DNA of 64,000 nucleotides from Antedon mediterranea (GCF_964355755.1 NC_092671.1:26610070-26674069), one strand, 5' to 3'; positions 1-13,500 are shown, numbered from the stretch's first letter. Numbers and translations are program-made. The notes: a model not told the origin generated them from the sequence alone.

Positions 1-220
1 TAATACAGAAGAAGCATCTTTTAGAGACAACTCATACTTCTTCTATTAAGGGGAAATGTTCTTGTGAAATGAACAAATGAAATATACAGAGGACACCCCT
101 AGAGAAAATTATTGGGTGATGAAGATGTCCCCTTAAATAGGAGTCAATGTTACTGACTAAGGTCTATGTGGCCTTGGTTGTTTTTAGGAACATCAAACAT
201 TCTAATGATAGAATCCTTAC

Positions 221-445
221 CTCAAATAAGAGATTGAGAGCTTCTTCCTCATTGTGGGCAAGATGATGGGTCAGACCTTTGATATTGATTCCAAACTCAT
301 CTTCTGTAATGGTCATTTGTGGCCCGTACTGGATAGCATCTGGTAGCGTTGAAAGTAAATCAAACATCATCTCATTGTAGATTTCAAGATAAGATATTCT
401 GACGGTGACCGCATTGTCTTGACGCTCTTCAATTTCACGATAAAC
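221..445 (-). CDS. KIF9: KIF9 exon ([22 protein letters not shown])
   Basis: AG acceptor at 446-447, GT donor at 219-220, 225 bp open. Confidence 0.93.
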
Positions 446-3400
446 CTACAAAATATAAACATAAACAAGCATACTTTTAAGATCTCTAAGATCTCTTACA
501 CTTACAGTACGTTGCCTTTAAATATTTATATTATATCCATATCAATAAACTCTCTTGAAAGAGAACTCTTTGAAACTTTCTCAAACAATAATGGTCCCAA
601 TTTTTGTCTTACTGCATAACTAAAAGAATTCTTTACACCAGACTTTCTGAATATTTTGTGCTACCTGAAAAGGTGTCTACTTTTGGGATAGTTTACTGTA
701 TAATCACAACTTTGCAGTATTCTGATTCTCACCTGTGCCAGTGCTCTTGGTATCAGGCCTCGATGTCTGAAGTTCTCTGTGGCACCTGTCATTGTAAATG
801 TTTTTCCAGCACCAGTTTGTCCATAACAAAGCAAGGTACCTACAGACAAATTGGAAAGTTAATGATTGATGGTGATTTGCAGGGATTTAATTTTAGATTA
901 CTTTCCTAGAGCCAAAATAAAAATTAAAAAAAGGAAACAAAAGTCTCTCTAATTTACTGCACATTTAGTCCAGCAAAAGTACATTAAAAAACAAAATAAC
1001 ATTCTGTAGCAATTTCCAAGGCACTATGGAAAATACTTAGAATAAGGAAAAAAAATAAAGTGACATTTAAGCATTAGATAGCTCCTAGCTAATGGTAATT
1101 GTTAAGATCACGGAAACCTAGCAGCGGATAACCTAATGACAATTACGATGATAGTGATTATTACTGTACGTGCCTAAACACATCATATAAGTACCCAGGT
1201 ATATCATTCCAAACAAACTCACTTTCATTCATTAATTTAAATACGGTAATCCAAAAATTTGTTTTATGAGTTTTGTTTTTCCTGTATAACTTTATTTTTG
1301 CAAATTGATCTTGTCAAAATTGTACAAATAAGATACATACAATTACATAATATATTTTGAAATCAACCGGTTCATACACTTGGGATATAAAAAAGTTGAA
1401 TTACATCACAATTGTTGGTTAGGCAACGCAAATTTAGGTTATTCAAATATTAACTACTTAATAATTAATCTGAGATATATTTCTCCCACTAAAAGTCAAT
1501 TAGTGTTTGACATCAATATTCTTTATAATGGAAAAGAAATGAAGCAAACAATTGGTTCTTGAAGTAACTGTAACACCTTCATTGTTTCATTTGTCTTTTT
1601 TCACTCCTTTGTAAAAAGTAACTATTTGCAATAAGCTTCGAAATTGATTAGATTATATATAGATGGAATCAATAATTTCATAGCAAATAATTAGAACAGC
1701 ACACTATAGTCAGAAACTCTGCTATAGTGAAATGATTTCATAAAACGCCCAAGTTTATTCTTGCCATTTGATTGGTTAATTTTGTATTGCATGCAGTCCG
1801 GGATATATAATGCAACATTTATATAGTGCTATTTCATGAAGATCAGAGCGCTTTGGACTTGGATGTTACACCTTTTCAACAACATTATTCTCCCCTAAGG
1901 GTCCCATTGTGTCACCGGCAGTCAACTACGGCGCCATTACCTTTGTCCACAACAGTGGCTCAGTGTGAACTAGTACACTGGGGTAACACCCTACTTGTCT
2001 CGAAAGATATACTATTAGGTTCTTTAAAGCGCACACAAGCAATGTGTGTAGACTGGACCTATTATAGTCCTTATCTGAGAAGACTTGTTCTACCGCCAGA
2101 ACCATGGAGCGAGTGAGCATTGAACCCTTGCCAATGTTATGACTGAAAGGCTTACGGTTCCACTGTCTTAACCCCTCTGCCACACAGTATTACTTAGTTC
2201 TATTTAAATTGCATGGTAACAGTTATATATTCAATGATTCTATTTCTCACAGTCGACATCTTCTAAGAATTGTTGAACTTTTAGGCCTACGGTGCACCAT
2301 TTATAACTGTTTTCTACTCCACAGACAAAATTGGAACGCTGGCTTACTTCGCTATTGGAAGCAGTGTATTGATTTAAAAAAAGTTTATTTTAAAATAGTT
2401 TAGGTGTGTTGAAAACAATAATGAATAATTATAATAGTGAATGTTTGTATTCCTTGAATCATCAACATCAACTTCAGGTACAGATTTTAAACAGAGGAGT
2501 GCTATTCATAATAATATTTATCTTAAAAAAATTCAATTTCATATCATTTTAGCTTTCATTAGGGTTATTATTATTTGTATACCATATACGGTATTAAAAA
2601 ATTCAAACTGAGTTACAGTTTAAAGTGCTTCCTTACCATTGTAACCACTGAGCAAATTTGTAATCATCTCATTACCAACTGTCTCGTACACCTGCTCTTG
2701 TGACGCATTGTGAAGGATGCCATCCAATTTAAACGACCAATCCATTATTTGGTTATTAACAACTCCTTGGTTTGAATCACGTTTACCATGAATAACAACT
2801 GCCTGAAAAATTAACACATACTGTAATTAACATCTTTTTCATTCAATATTGGAGAACTACCAAGAACATGAAAAAATGAAGAATAATAAAATCAGACAGT
2901 TATTTTTGCAGTTTATATTCACTTCTGTACAGTAGAGAAAACCGAACAAAAATTATTTCTATCATATAAAGAAAAACAGTTGAATTTAACCAAAAACCCC
3001 ATGGGCTTTCATAAAAATCGTCAATTGGAAGATTGATTATTTTTAAATCATTTTTATCAATTCAATTTTTGGTCAAAGTGAATTATTATGTCACATTAAA
3101 TGGCATTCATAAAAACATAAATAAATAATACAAAAATTACATGTCAGTACTATTACATTCTGTCACTGTAGCTAAATAAATATTCTGATATTTGTAATTT
3201 TGAAAATTAAACAAAAACTACTTATGTCACCAAAAATCAGACATATTCTTAATTTAGTGGCAAGGGTCAAAATTTCAAATTGTCTCATATTTTGTACATT
3301 GGTAGACCTTAATGTAAGGAAAACAGATATGTAGTTTGTTTGGTAAAATATCGCTTAGTTTTCGAGAAAATCGAAAAATAACGATTTTCCGTCAATTTTG

Positions 3401-6400
3401 TTAATTTTTGGTGTATAATTTACATTAAGTTTAACAGCCTCTGGAAGCCAAACGTAGCAACATAGCATTTTAATATTTTACAAAAAAATTTGATGAAATT
3501 CTAAGATTTTTACTAATTAATTACTAATTAGCATATATAAAACTCTTAAAAAGTAGGGTAAAAACAAACTCGTTTTATTTCATGTGCGACAAATTTTTTT
3601 TAAATACAAAAATCATCAATCTAAAGTATAGATACTAATATTTATGAATCAAGTAAAAAAAAATTGGGGAAACTATTTTGCGATCTGTGCCAGAGCCTCA
3701 AAGAAATTCAAAGATTTTATCTGTCGGCAAGATCAATCAGATGTACCTATTGTTCTCTATTTACGGATTTAAGGCAAACTTTACTACGAGGAACAAACTT
3801 TATAGGTAAACTGAAAGGTCCTGAATAATTTGGAATTACGTTTTAATATAAACACAAACTAAAAATAAATTTCTAGTCAAATTTTAACGACTAGCGCATG
3901 ATGAAATTAAGCAATTACTATCTGAGCTAAACATATAGCTTAGCTTCATCAAGCCTGTTATGATTTTTCACAAGGTGAATTTATTCGCGCGAATTGAACA
4001 TGTTTGCGTATACGCGCGCATGCGCAGTTTATTTTTCTTAACAAAGTTTTCCATTGGGCGTGCGTATACGCGAAAATGTTTGATTTGCGCGAATAATTTC
4101 GCCTAGTGGAAAACAGGCTTTACAACATAATGTTCTTATCTTCTCATATAGGGAGTTTTCGCACGGGCACATAAACTTAACGCTATTTTCCAAGCTCCGC
4201 CCAATTTGTAAAGAACTTGATCTGTGCGTGCGCAAGTATTACGAAAAACTTTAGTTACATGCGTCGAGAACCTTATTTCTGAAAAATAGCGTCAATGAAA
4301 AACGTTAACCGAAACATGATTAAACATGCCTACGCTTAGTCTCTAAACCCAAGGTATTCCATGATTTGTTTTAATAAGAGTGGCGTATATTGCGTGGGCT
4401 ACACTTCCCGTCAAAGCGCGAAATCAAAACGAGCAAGTACGTTAATGCAACTGTTCGCTGAACTCCGTTGTTATGCAAATGAGTAGAATGTTGACGTCAT
4501 CCGTTAACGTTTACGTTCTCGTGCGAAATGTCCTAATAATGTGTAGCCTAAACAATACATTATTGTTTTACCATTGTTATTGTTATTTTAAAGAATTCTC
4601 ACAGACACAGTTTTACCTTCGTTGCTACCTTAATCAATCGAGCAACTGCACGTGGAAACCAGCTTTCCCTGCCTATTGTGTCCAGTACGGTTTGCGACAA
4701 AAGTTGAATTTCTCTTTCTTTTTCCGTTTTTGAATCATCTCCATTTTCTTCGACTTCGTTAACATCTTCATTACTATCGTAATCATCATCTTCGTCATCG
4801 TCATCATGAACTGCGGCATCTTTCACTCCAGGAATGCCTCCAATGCCTCCAACTCAATTGCTGCCTTCATCTGCTCTGGATTTTCAATATCTTTTCCTGA
4901 ATTAAGATATTTATTCATGTGATTTTTTATACTGGCTACCTTGCGGTCACATGCAACCTTCCCCCCTTGAAGGTCCGAAAAATCAATACGTCGGATTGTG
5001 ATCTTAGTTTCTTTCGCTATCTTTGGTAACGAGAGTAATGTTAGGGCAGAGTGGTAGCATCCTGCATTATCTAGAGTGCAATAGATGGAAGCTGCCTCAA
5101 CACATCGTCGATGATTGCCACAATAGTAGTACTATCTTGACTGCAAGATTGAAATATATGCACAAACGTAAGCATCTGTACCTCTCTATCTTTATTCTTT
5201 TTCGTCAAGATTGTTATGTGCCACGGAAGTCCACGCTTTCCAAACCAGTCTCTTTAGCTTTCGCGGTATTTACGTGGTACAAACTTCATCGCCCAGTCTA
5301 AAACAATTAGGGCACAACCAGGATTCAAATCTCCTAAAATATCATGTCGTGCAGCGTCTTGGTTAATGGATCTTAAATATGGCTGCTCGACTAAGAATTA
5401 GGTCTACCTCACTATCGATGCCCGTAAACCTAAACATGGATCTGTGTGCAGCGATTTCCTTCTGGCATGCTTGTAAAGGTAGGACTTCAGTGCTCTGTTT
5501 GCGGTCTTTTCTATCGAATCCACAAGCCGCGCTCTGCCAAAAACCGATTTAAAAGAACATGAAATCTCCATCAGGCAATAATTATAAGAATTATTTTCAA
5601 CACGTCTTTACATTGTAAGACATGAACTAAAATGGATAACAAATCAGTTCCGTTGTCAACGTCAATGAAGATATCGTATCGTCTATGGAACATACGCAGT
5701 AAAGGGTTTTGTCTACTGTGGTTAATGTTTTGAAACATTCTCGTTGAGTAAGTTCGACCAGGTTCGACAAACAGGAAAACGATAACAAGTTAAAACAAAT
5801 GTGTTTTTAAGTTTTATGCTATGAACTACGAGAGGATGGAATGATTTATAATAATATGGTTTGACAAAGCATAAGCGAGTGATTTTTAGTTAATTGCTTA
5901 ATTTCGTATATTGTTTAGTAATTGAAATTTTACAAGAAGCGTATTTTAGTTTGTGTTTAAATTGCAACTTAATTCAAAATTATTCCAGGAACTTTCAGTT
6001 TATCTTTCAAGTTTGTTTCTCGTAATAAAAGTTTGGCTCAAAGCGACTTAGATTCCTAAATAGAGAACAATAGGTATTGTAGGAATTGATCTTGCCGACA
6101 GATAAAATCTTTGAATTCTTTACAACTTCGTGGCTCTGGCGCGGAGCGCATAATGGCTTCCTCAATTTTGTTTTACTTGATTCATAAATATTAGTATCTA
6201 TACTTCAAATTGATGATTTTTTTATTGAAAAAAAATTTGTCCCACATGAAAAAAAACTTTTTTGCCCTACTTTTTAAGAGTTTTATATGCTAATTAGTAA
6301 TTAGTTAGTAAAAATCTTAGAATTTCATCACATTTTTTGAAACTTTATTAAATTATTGTCAAGATGCTAGTTAATGTAAGTCTAAAATATTAAAACGCTA

Positions 6401-8707
6401 GGTTGCTACGTTTGGCTTCCAGAGGCTGTTAAACTTAATGTAAATTATACACCAAAAATTAACAAAATTGGCCGAAAATCGTTATTTTTCGATTTTCTCA
6501 AAAACTAAGCGATATTTTACCAAACAAACTACACATCAGGTTTACTTACATCAAGGTCTACCAATGTGGAAAATATGAGCCAATTCGAAATTTTGACCCT
6601 TGCCACCTAATGTTTGATTTTTAGTGACTGGCTCTCTTTAGTTGAATGATTAATGTTTTAATATCTTATTGTTTGTCATAAAATAAATTTTAAAAAGAGC
6701 TTATTTCATCTGCTTCGCTGCCGTCCAAAAATAAGTGGGATTATTATCAATGTTGTTGCAAAGGTTTATCTACATTTCAGGTTTTGCTTGAACAAATAAT
6801 TTTCATTTTCTCTAAAATATTCACATTATACTTAATATTCTTTACCTTTTCTTCATTTCTAAGATCTACCATGTCGTGAGCAAAGTTGGATGTTGGTCGT
6901 GTTCGTACGAACACGCGTACTTTACTTCGCTTACTCATCATGTATCTTAAGCTTCCACTGTAACAACTAAGAACCGAACCAACCTTTTGAAAAAATGATA
7001 CAATATGTTGGAAATTTACCAAATAAAATTGCATTATAAATAGGGTAAGGTAATTATTAATCTTCGCCCAGTATTGTCTGGTAGGGTTTTATGATAAATA
7101 TGATTAATTAAGTACATGCTAAACAATATATTTAAAGTTATTGTGATATTTAATTGTAAATTTTATAAATTTTGAATGTAAAAAACTGTCAAAATACAGA
7201 TGCAAAAACTGAAGACTGCCCTCTGTGATATACTGTAAATAATGTTTTAACTGATCTTTTTTTTTTTTTTTTTAAGTTAAATTTATCACTAAAGCATGTT
7301 TAGTACTTGACATCATTGTACTGTATCATAAAAGCCTACCAGGCAATTTCATTCTCCCTACCTGGTGATAACACCCTACTGGGCCTACATTAGTATAACC
7401 ATTAAATATACTAGGCTTAGAACACAGCAGTTTTCTTGTTAATTTTTTATCAAAACTTGTTCTGAAAACAAGTACAAATTTTTGCAACTTAAACTTTACC
7501 AGAAGCAGCAGTATCTGCTTAGGTTAATATACAAAGTCTGCTATTACATTACAGTACTTCAAGCATTTCCATGTTAATGGTGAAATAATGTAGCGCCGAT
7601 TGTTCATGTTGCAGAACACATTGTACAACAATAGGTTTTTAATTGGCATCTTGAAAATTAAATTTTTCGATTACGAAAAAAATGTTAAAAACATTTTTTT
7701 TATTTTGTTGTTGAATATATGCCATTTTAATGTCACATTCACACTAGTTATTCACTTAAAACAAAATCAAACAAATAAAAACAACTGTATTTAAAGTGAA
7801 AAATAATCAAATTGGCCGTTAGCCAATGTGTTTTTGGTCAAATTTTCCAGTTTTTTTTGTAATTATAATTTTTTTTGTCTTTGGAAGTAAATTACTTCAA
7901 TAAACCTACAAAATGGCATATTTAAAGTCTGATATTTATCATAATTTTGGAGGACATATATTGCAATATTTCAACAAGTAAAGTCATGTTTACCGTACAC
8001 TATAATGCACTTGTCAATTGTATGACCCACTATACGACCCCCGGGAGAGGTGCGTCATGGGTCAGTCATTTACAAATAATTACTGACGCAGGGTGCGTCA
8101 AAAAACCTAGATGGTACGTCACATCAATGAACAAGGTGTGTCAATTTCTGTCACTTTACCACCCACCATATCATAAACAACATGGTCACAGTGCGTCAAA
8201 ATGGGTGCATCATGGTCACCTAAAGGTAAGTCACCTTTTTGACGCACGGGTGCGTCATGGTATTCAAAAGTATGACGCACATCGGACAAATGACGCACCT
8301 CTCCCGGGGGTCGTATAGTGGGTCATACAATTGACAAGTGCATAATGTTACATGAAGTTTTCACAATATTTTTATTTGGATCATTGTGCAAGTAGCGATC
8401 GTCTACTACCGGGTGATGCATTGTTGCCTAGCTAACTAAATATTAATGTCAATTAAACGTACGGTATTTAAGTTTTTTATTGATAGCATTCAGTAAATAA
8501 AACGTAATTCAAAATAAATTTAATAAACAAAAATTTAAATATTAAATTAGATTATTTAATTGATACCTCATCATTTATGATACATGGAAGAGGTGTATCT
8601 GCTAGCGAATCCCTATCATCTTCAATTTGAAACTCTTCTTCTGATTTGGATTCTTCGGTCACACTTGGTCTCTTTTCAACTTTACGTGCTCTACCTCCCT
8701 TATTCAT
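221..8707 (-). CDS. KIF9: Kinesin-like protein KIF9 (kinesin-9 family), 5' part; gene continues beyond window start
   Basis: Phase-consistent GT-AG exons 6846-6983, 2637-2802, 733-839 and 221-445 give [88 protein letters not shown]. This has the kinesin P-loop and closely follows KIF9 as I recall it. A candidate upstream coding exon lies at 8567-8707. Confidence 0.93.
733..839 (-). CDS. KIF9: KIF9 exon with P-loop GQTGAGKT
   Basis: Canonical splice sites; kinesin Walker A motif. Confidence 0.95.
1815..2183 (-). mobile_element. tRNA-derived SINE with Deu-like core
   Basis: Minus strand starts GTGGCAGAGGGGTTAAGAC (A box) ... GGGTTCAATGC (B box). It then has a core TCAGATAAGGACTATAA..TTAAAGAACC..TTTCGAGACAAGTAGGG resembling the Deu domain. 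Confidence 0.6.
2637..2802 (-). CDS. KIF9: KIF9 exon ([19 protein letters not shown])
   Basis: Canonical splice sites, phase 0 to 1. Confidence 0.93.
3951..4120. mobile_element. Small MITE nested in the Sola3-like element
   Basis: Imperfect TIRs aagcctgtt..cacaaggtgaat and ttcgcctagtggaaaacaggctt. Confidence 0.5.
4850..5400 (-). pseudogene. Transposase pseudogene (Sola3-type DDD catalytic core)
   Basis: Minus-strand translation with a stop and frameshifts: [85 protein letters not shown]. Superfamily assignment is from recalled motifs plus the long TIRs. Confidence 0.75.
6846..6983 (-). CDS. KIF9: KIF9 exon with conserved start region (ATG at 6941 or 6938; [10 protein letters not shown])
   Basis: Acceptor ttttcaaaag at 6984-6985, donor aag|gtaaa; motor beta-1 motif V.VFVR.RP. 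Confidence 0.9.
8006..8342. mobile_element. MITE, PIF/Harbinger-like (TAA target duplication)
   Basis: ~50-bp TIR tgcacttgtcaattgtatgacccactatacgacccccgggagaggtgcgtca with its reverse complement at the right end. TAA flanks both sides (8003-8005, 8343-8345). About 10 internal TGCGTCA/TGACGCA-type motifs. Confidence 0.85.
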
Positions 8708-9680
8708 GATTTAATGGTTTTTGGTACTCGTAATTATAATTAAATGTGTAACATGTTTTTATATCAAATTTAGTTGGAAGATTATCCTAGCTATTTAAAT
8801 TAGAAAGGTTCTTGATAAGGTCTGAGAAAATGACACAATAAAATAATGGTATAGCATCGAAATAGTTAGGGTCACGTCATATGAACAATCAACATGTGCC
8901 ATGGCACCCTAAAAAGCTGGGCCCGGGCTATCACGTCATATGAATAGTATTAATCACACAGCAGCAACACCAATCAACAGCTCTTCTTCATCTTTTTGTA
9001 GTCGTTACAATATAAAGACAATCAGAATTTTACTTACCAAATTATAACTTTTCTAGTAATCGTTTACAAACGAAACTTCAGTTACTTAATATTCACTTTA
9101 TCCACAAGCCTTTAGATATACTATTTAATTTACAATAACTAAGCAAACTTACAAATTCATGCTTTATAATTAACAACAATACAACTACAAATTTTATTGT
9201 AGCAACACGGTGGTTGTCATGCATACTATTTGGAATTATATGTAAAAATATAACCAAAATATACACATTTAAACAATACCTATGAAAGATTGTTTAAAAT
9301 AAAGTATTTCAAAATATTATTTGTAATTAAGTTTAAATTTTATATTTATTATCCAAATTATAATAAAAGTTGGTAAATAAATATTTTTATGTTCAGTTTT
9401 CGGCAAAGAAAAAGAGAACAGACGACTTTAATTATTGAGGGCGCTTCGCAATGTTTATTGATTGACCGTCAATTTTCCGTCTGTTGGATGAGAAAAGGCG
9501 TATCATTAATTGATTTTAAATTCTATTATGGTTTAAACGCAATCTCGAACTTGCAAACATGTCTGAACTGTGAGTTTGTATTATATAATGTTAATGTACA
9601 TATATTTGTATTTAAATGTATGAACAGAGCTAGGCTAGTCCCTCGAACAGGTCCGGCTAGTGTCACTGTCACTTTCAGAG
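8420..9680. promoter_or_regulatory. Probable bidirectional promoter region of KIF9/ALS2 with RFX X-box-like motifs
   Basis: Divergent splice donors at 9037 (minus, ttg|gtaagt) and 9682 (plus, ga|gtgagt). X-box-like motifs: gttgcctagctaac 8423-8436, palindrome gtgccatggcac 8896-8907, gttgtcatgcatac 9213-9226. Confidence 0.45.
8567..8707 (-). CDS. Candidate upstream coding exon of KIF9 (47 aa, [23 protein letters not shown])
   Basis: ATG at 8707, 141 bp open, donor GAG|GTATCA in phase 0, in frame with exon 6846-6983. Confidence 0.5.
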
Positions 9681-10541
9681 AGTGAGTAGGGTACCCGCTG
9701 GAGGAGCCCCACCGCCGCATGCAGCAGCTGGCTGCTGTGTGGCTCCCCACCGAGAGAGAGTTGGGTTGTTGGATGTTTTAGGCCTAGATCTAGCTTGGAT
9801 TAGTTTAAGAAGGACCCTATGCTGTTTTGTAATGTATTAATGATCAAAATCGTACATGGGCGCAAAAATACCAGTGGAAGTTGAATTTAGCACTAAATTA
9901 AATGTGAACAATTTCATCTGCCACCGTTTATCAGACCAACAACAACATTCAATTCCATAAACATAAAAATACATTTTAAGCAGTGAGTAGGATGACATAA
10001 CGCTACCTTTAACCTAGCTGAAGGTATAGAAAATTACAAAGATGGTAGGATGCAATATTAAATTTGTTTTTTCTAATTTAGCCTTATAATTTATAGGATT
10101 TATCAGTGACAAAACAACATTCAGCATTTTTAAATACTATGTACATACACTGTACCATTTTCAAAAATATTTATGCTGCTCTAGAGAAGTACCACACCCA
10201 CTAGATAATGTTCCTCAACAAACTGAATTAAACCTAACCTGTTAAATAAAAAATAATTGACACTCTATCTTAATTTCTTCCACTTGACAGCAAAATATAA
10301 TTAAAATAAAAAACTATAGCACATGCAAAGTAGAGTATGCATATTTATATACCCATTCAACTATCGCCTGCTCACTTGTAACCATCATTAGTTCATGTAT
10401 TCATGTATATGGCTAGTTTAAACATATGAGATATTTAAATAATGAATAATTCATATAATGGATGATGTAATATCATTACCTATTAATATCTTTAGGCTAG
10501 CCACCTTCTTATGAGTAATTTTTTTGTGAATTATAATAATA

Positions 10542-13500
10542 ATGGATAAGCTAAGAAAGTATAAAAATATAGGGTTCGTTATTCACTGTTTTATTGCATT
10601 TATGTTTTCTTTTTCTTAAAGAGAACAACCAGAGGATGATATCAAAGAAGATAACATAGCCTTATGCACCAAGCCAAGCACATGGAAAGGATTCCTCAGT
10701 AATACAATTCCAAATACATTTTCAGTTTTTAAATCCCGCAATGTTAAAAAAGTAGCACTTGGCGGCAAGCATGCAGCATTCTTGACCAGTGACCATGAGG
10801 TATTTTGTTTTGGATCTGGCGAGTATGGGCAACTTGGCCATAAGAAATTTAGTGATGTTACAAAGCAGCCTGTGCTTGTGAAAGATATAAAAGGTGAAAA
10901 TGTCATTGATGTTGTTTGTGGATTGAACCATACGGGCGTGGTGTGCTCAGACGGGATCGTGTTTTGCTGGGGTGATTCCAACAGTGGCCAGTGTGGTACT
11001 GGACTTCTAGACAGAATCAACACACCTCAACAAGTAGAGTTCAATGATCCAGACAATGATCCGGTGATTACACAGATTGCTTGTGGAGACATGCATACTT
11101 TGGCTCTATCAACAAAAGGAGAAGTGTGGGCGTGGGGTGTAGGACATCAGCTAGGATTGGCTGCTGGATCAAATAGCATATCAACCCCAGCAAGAGTTTT
11201 AGCATTTGGTGAAAGGAAGGTTCTAAGTATCTGCTGTGGAGCTGCTCATAGCTTGGCTGTTGTACAAAAGATCCGTGTTCCAAAGACAGCCACCGACTCT
11301 TCTGTGACAACGGAAGATGTTGATGCTGATGCTACATTATGTCCTAAGTGCAATCAAGAGATGTATTCCTTCTCCGATTTAGGCGACACTGTGTTTATTA
11401 CCGAAACCCATGTCTGTCAGAATAAGCCTGCAGAAGTAGATGTGACATCTACCAGGAGCTTTTCACCAGATAGTATTGATGTACAGATTCCTCCGAAGCC
11501 AGGAATGAGAAAAGACCTTCTAAAGAAAACTCAAGAAAAAAAAATGTTGATAGAAGAAGAAACAGGATCAGTGCTATCTACGGAAAGCCAAGGAACGTAT
11601 GTATTGGATGAATCTGACAAAGATGTGGTGGATGCGACATCAGCACATGAAGAACTTAAGACACCAGTTGCTACAGAAGAAGTGCCAGATTCTCCTGAAG
11701 AAGATAAATCAGAAGTCAGTGGTTCTTTTCCAACTGGTAGATCTGCTAAAGATTTCTTAGAGAAGCAGTTGCATTCTTCCACTCATGCGATACATGAAAC
11801 CGCTCAAACATCAAAGGAAAAACTTCTGGCAAGTCTGCCAACAGCCGTTGCATCAAACCTTGAGAAGCTGCTAAACTACAAGTTTAACTTTATGGGTGGT
11901 AAAGAACAGTCAATGCTGACAATATCCTCCTGTACAGAACTACAAAATGAGTCGGACTTTGAAGTTGAAGAACCAGAATTGAATGAACTGGAAATGAGCT
12001 GTATTCAGGTGAAGTCTCAAAGAACACGTCTTGAGGAACTGGTAGATGAAATTTCAATATTAACAGAGGTCTGGAGTTGGGGCAAAGGAAATGTTGGACA
12101 ACTTGGTCAAGGTGATGTTTTAGATAGGTAAGCTTCGTCACTGAATAAAGAACCACACTATAGTGATTGTTATGGTTTATGGAATTACTATATATGCTAT
12201 TTATGTCAACAATGCAAATCATGTTTAAATTAACCTCTCAGCAGCTTATTATGACTGTTGCTTTTAAATTGCAAAATGTATTGATTTGTTTCAGAATCAC
12301 CATGCAAATTTCCCAGTTAACTGATTTTTTAAATACCGTAAAACCTATTAGTATTAAGGACCTACAGTTAACAAAATGTCCCCTCATTAGAGTTGTCAAC
12401 TCACTCAATAGAGTTGGCTGTAGAGTAAAAATGTTGCTTGTTTTCCTTTTCACAAAATGTGACTGCCCTTAATAAATAGGGGAGTCAGACACTGAATATG
12501 GCAGAATGAAATGCTACAGCATTGTTTCTATTGAAGTCTTTATACAGTAATATGTTAATATACCGATGTATTAAAACAATAAATACATTTTAGGCCACCT
12601 TGTATTATAATAAAGGGTTAACCCTCCTAAACTTGAAAATGATAATGCAAAAGATAGGACATCAAGTTAATTTCAGCATTACATTTCACCATTTTATGCC
12701 CTGCGGCACCTCTCCCCGCCCACAGTACTGTTACTTTAATAAATAGCCAAAATTGCAATATTTTCATTAATCCGGATTGATGCTAATTAGGAAATATAAT
12801 TATTATTGCTATAGTATTGAAAATAAGTATATCCATCCATAATTTGTAAACCATATTGTGATTTAACAGACATTAACATAAATTGTGAAAAACAAACCTT
12901 GAATTGAATATGATTTACATTACCATATTGTGATTATAAAAGTCAAACTTGGTTTAAATTCTATTCGACAAGACAGCTTGAGGTTGGATGTGTGATGCTA
13001 TAATGTACTTCAATTTTAGCCATACACATTTGTAATAACAATGAGAAGTTATATAATTAATTTGATGATACGTTTAATTTAGTTTTTTTTGTCTCAATCA
13101 TTCTGCTTTATTATACTGTAAAATAATGAAAATTTTTATTATGTGTAATGGTAAAAATAATATCATGAGGTGAGAGATAAAAGTTATATTTTCATGAGGT
13201 GGAGCCAAGTATATCTTTGAATCAGTGGCACACTTACAAATGTGGATCCTTTACATTACAATAAAAACGAATAATGGAAAAAAGAAACAATACACTAAAT
13301 AAACAGTAAATCTATTTAGAATTTTCTACCAGCTGCTTGTATTGCACTTGTGTCATAAGATTGTCTCGTTTTGTTTTTTATTTCAGGCCACAGCCAACCG
13401 CTATCCGTCATTTGAGTAACAAGAACATCGCCCAGGTCGTTGCGGGGTCAGGACACTCGATTGCCATTTCAAATTCTGGCCAGGTAAACACATTTCATAT

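Larger units (their letters stand above)
3226..6636 (-). mobile_element. Decayed Sola3-like DNA transposon with ~0.7-kb terminal inverted repeats
   Basis: About 3226-3920 is the imperfect reverse complement of about 5885-6628 (e.g. gtggcaagggtcaaaatttc vs gaaattttgacccttgccac). The right end is ...ctggctctc|ttta. Internal transposase remnants are present. Confidence 0.75.

Noticed and set aside
7947-8318. 123-aa ORF
   Set aside because: Lies almost entirely within a MITE and has no recognisable domain.
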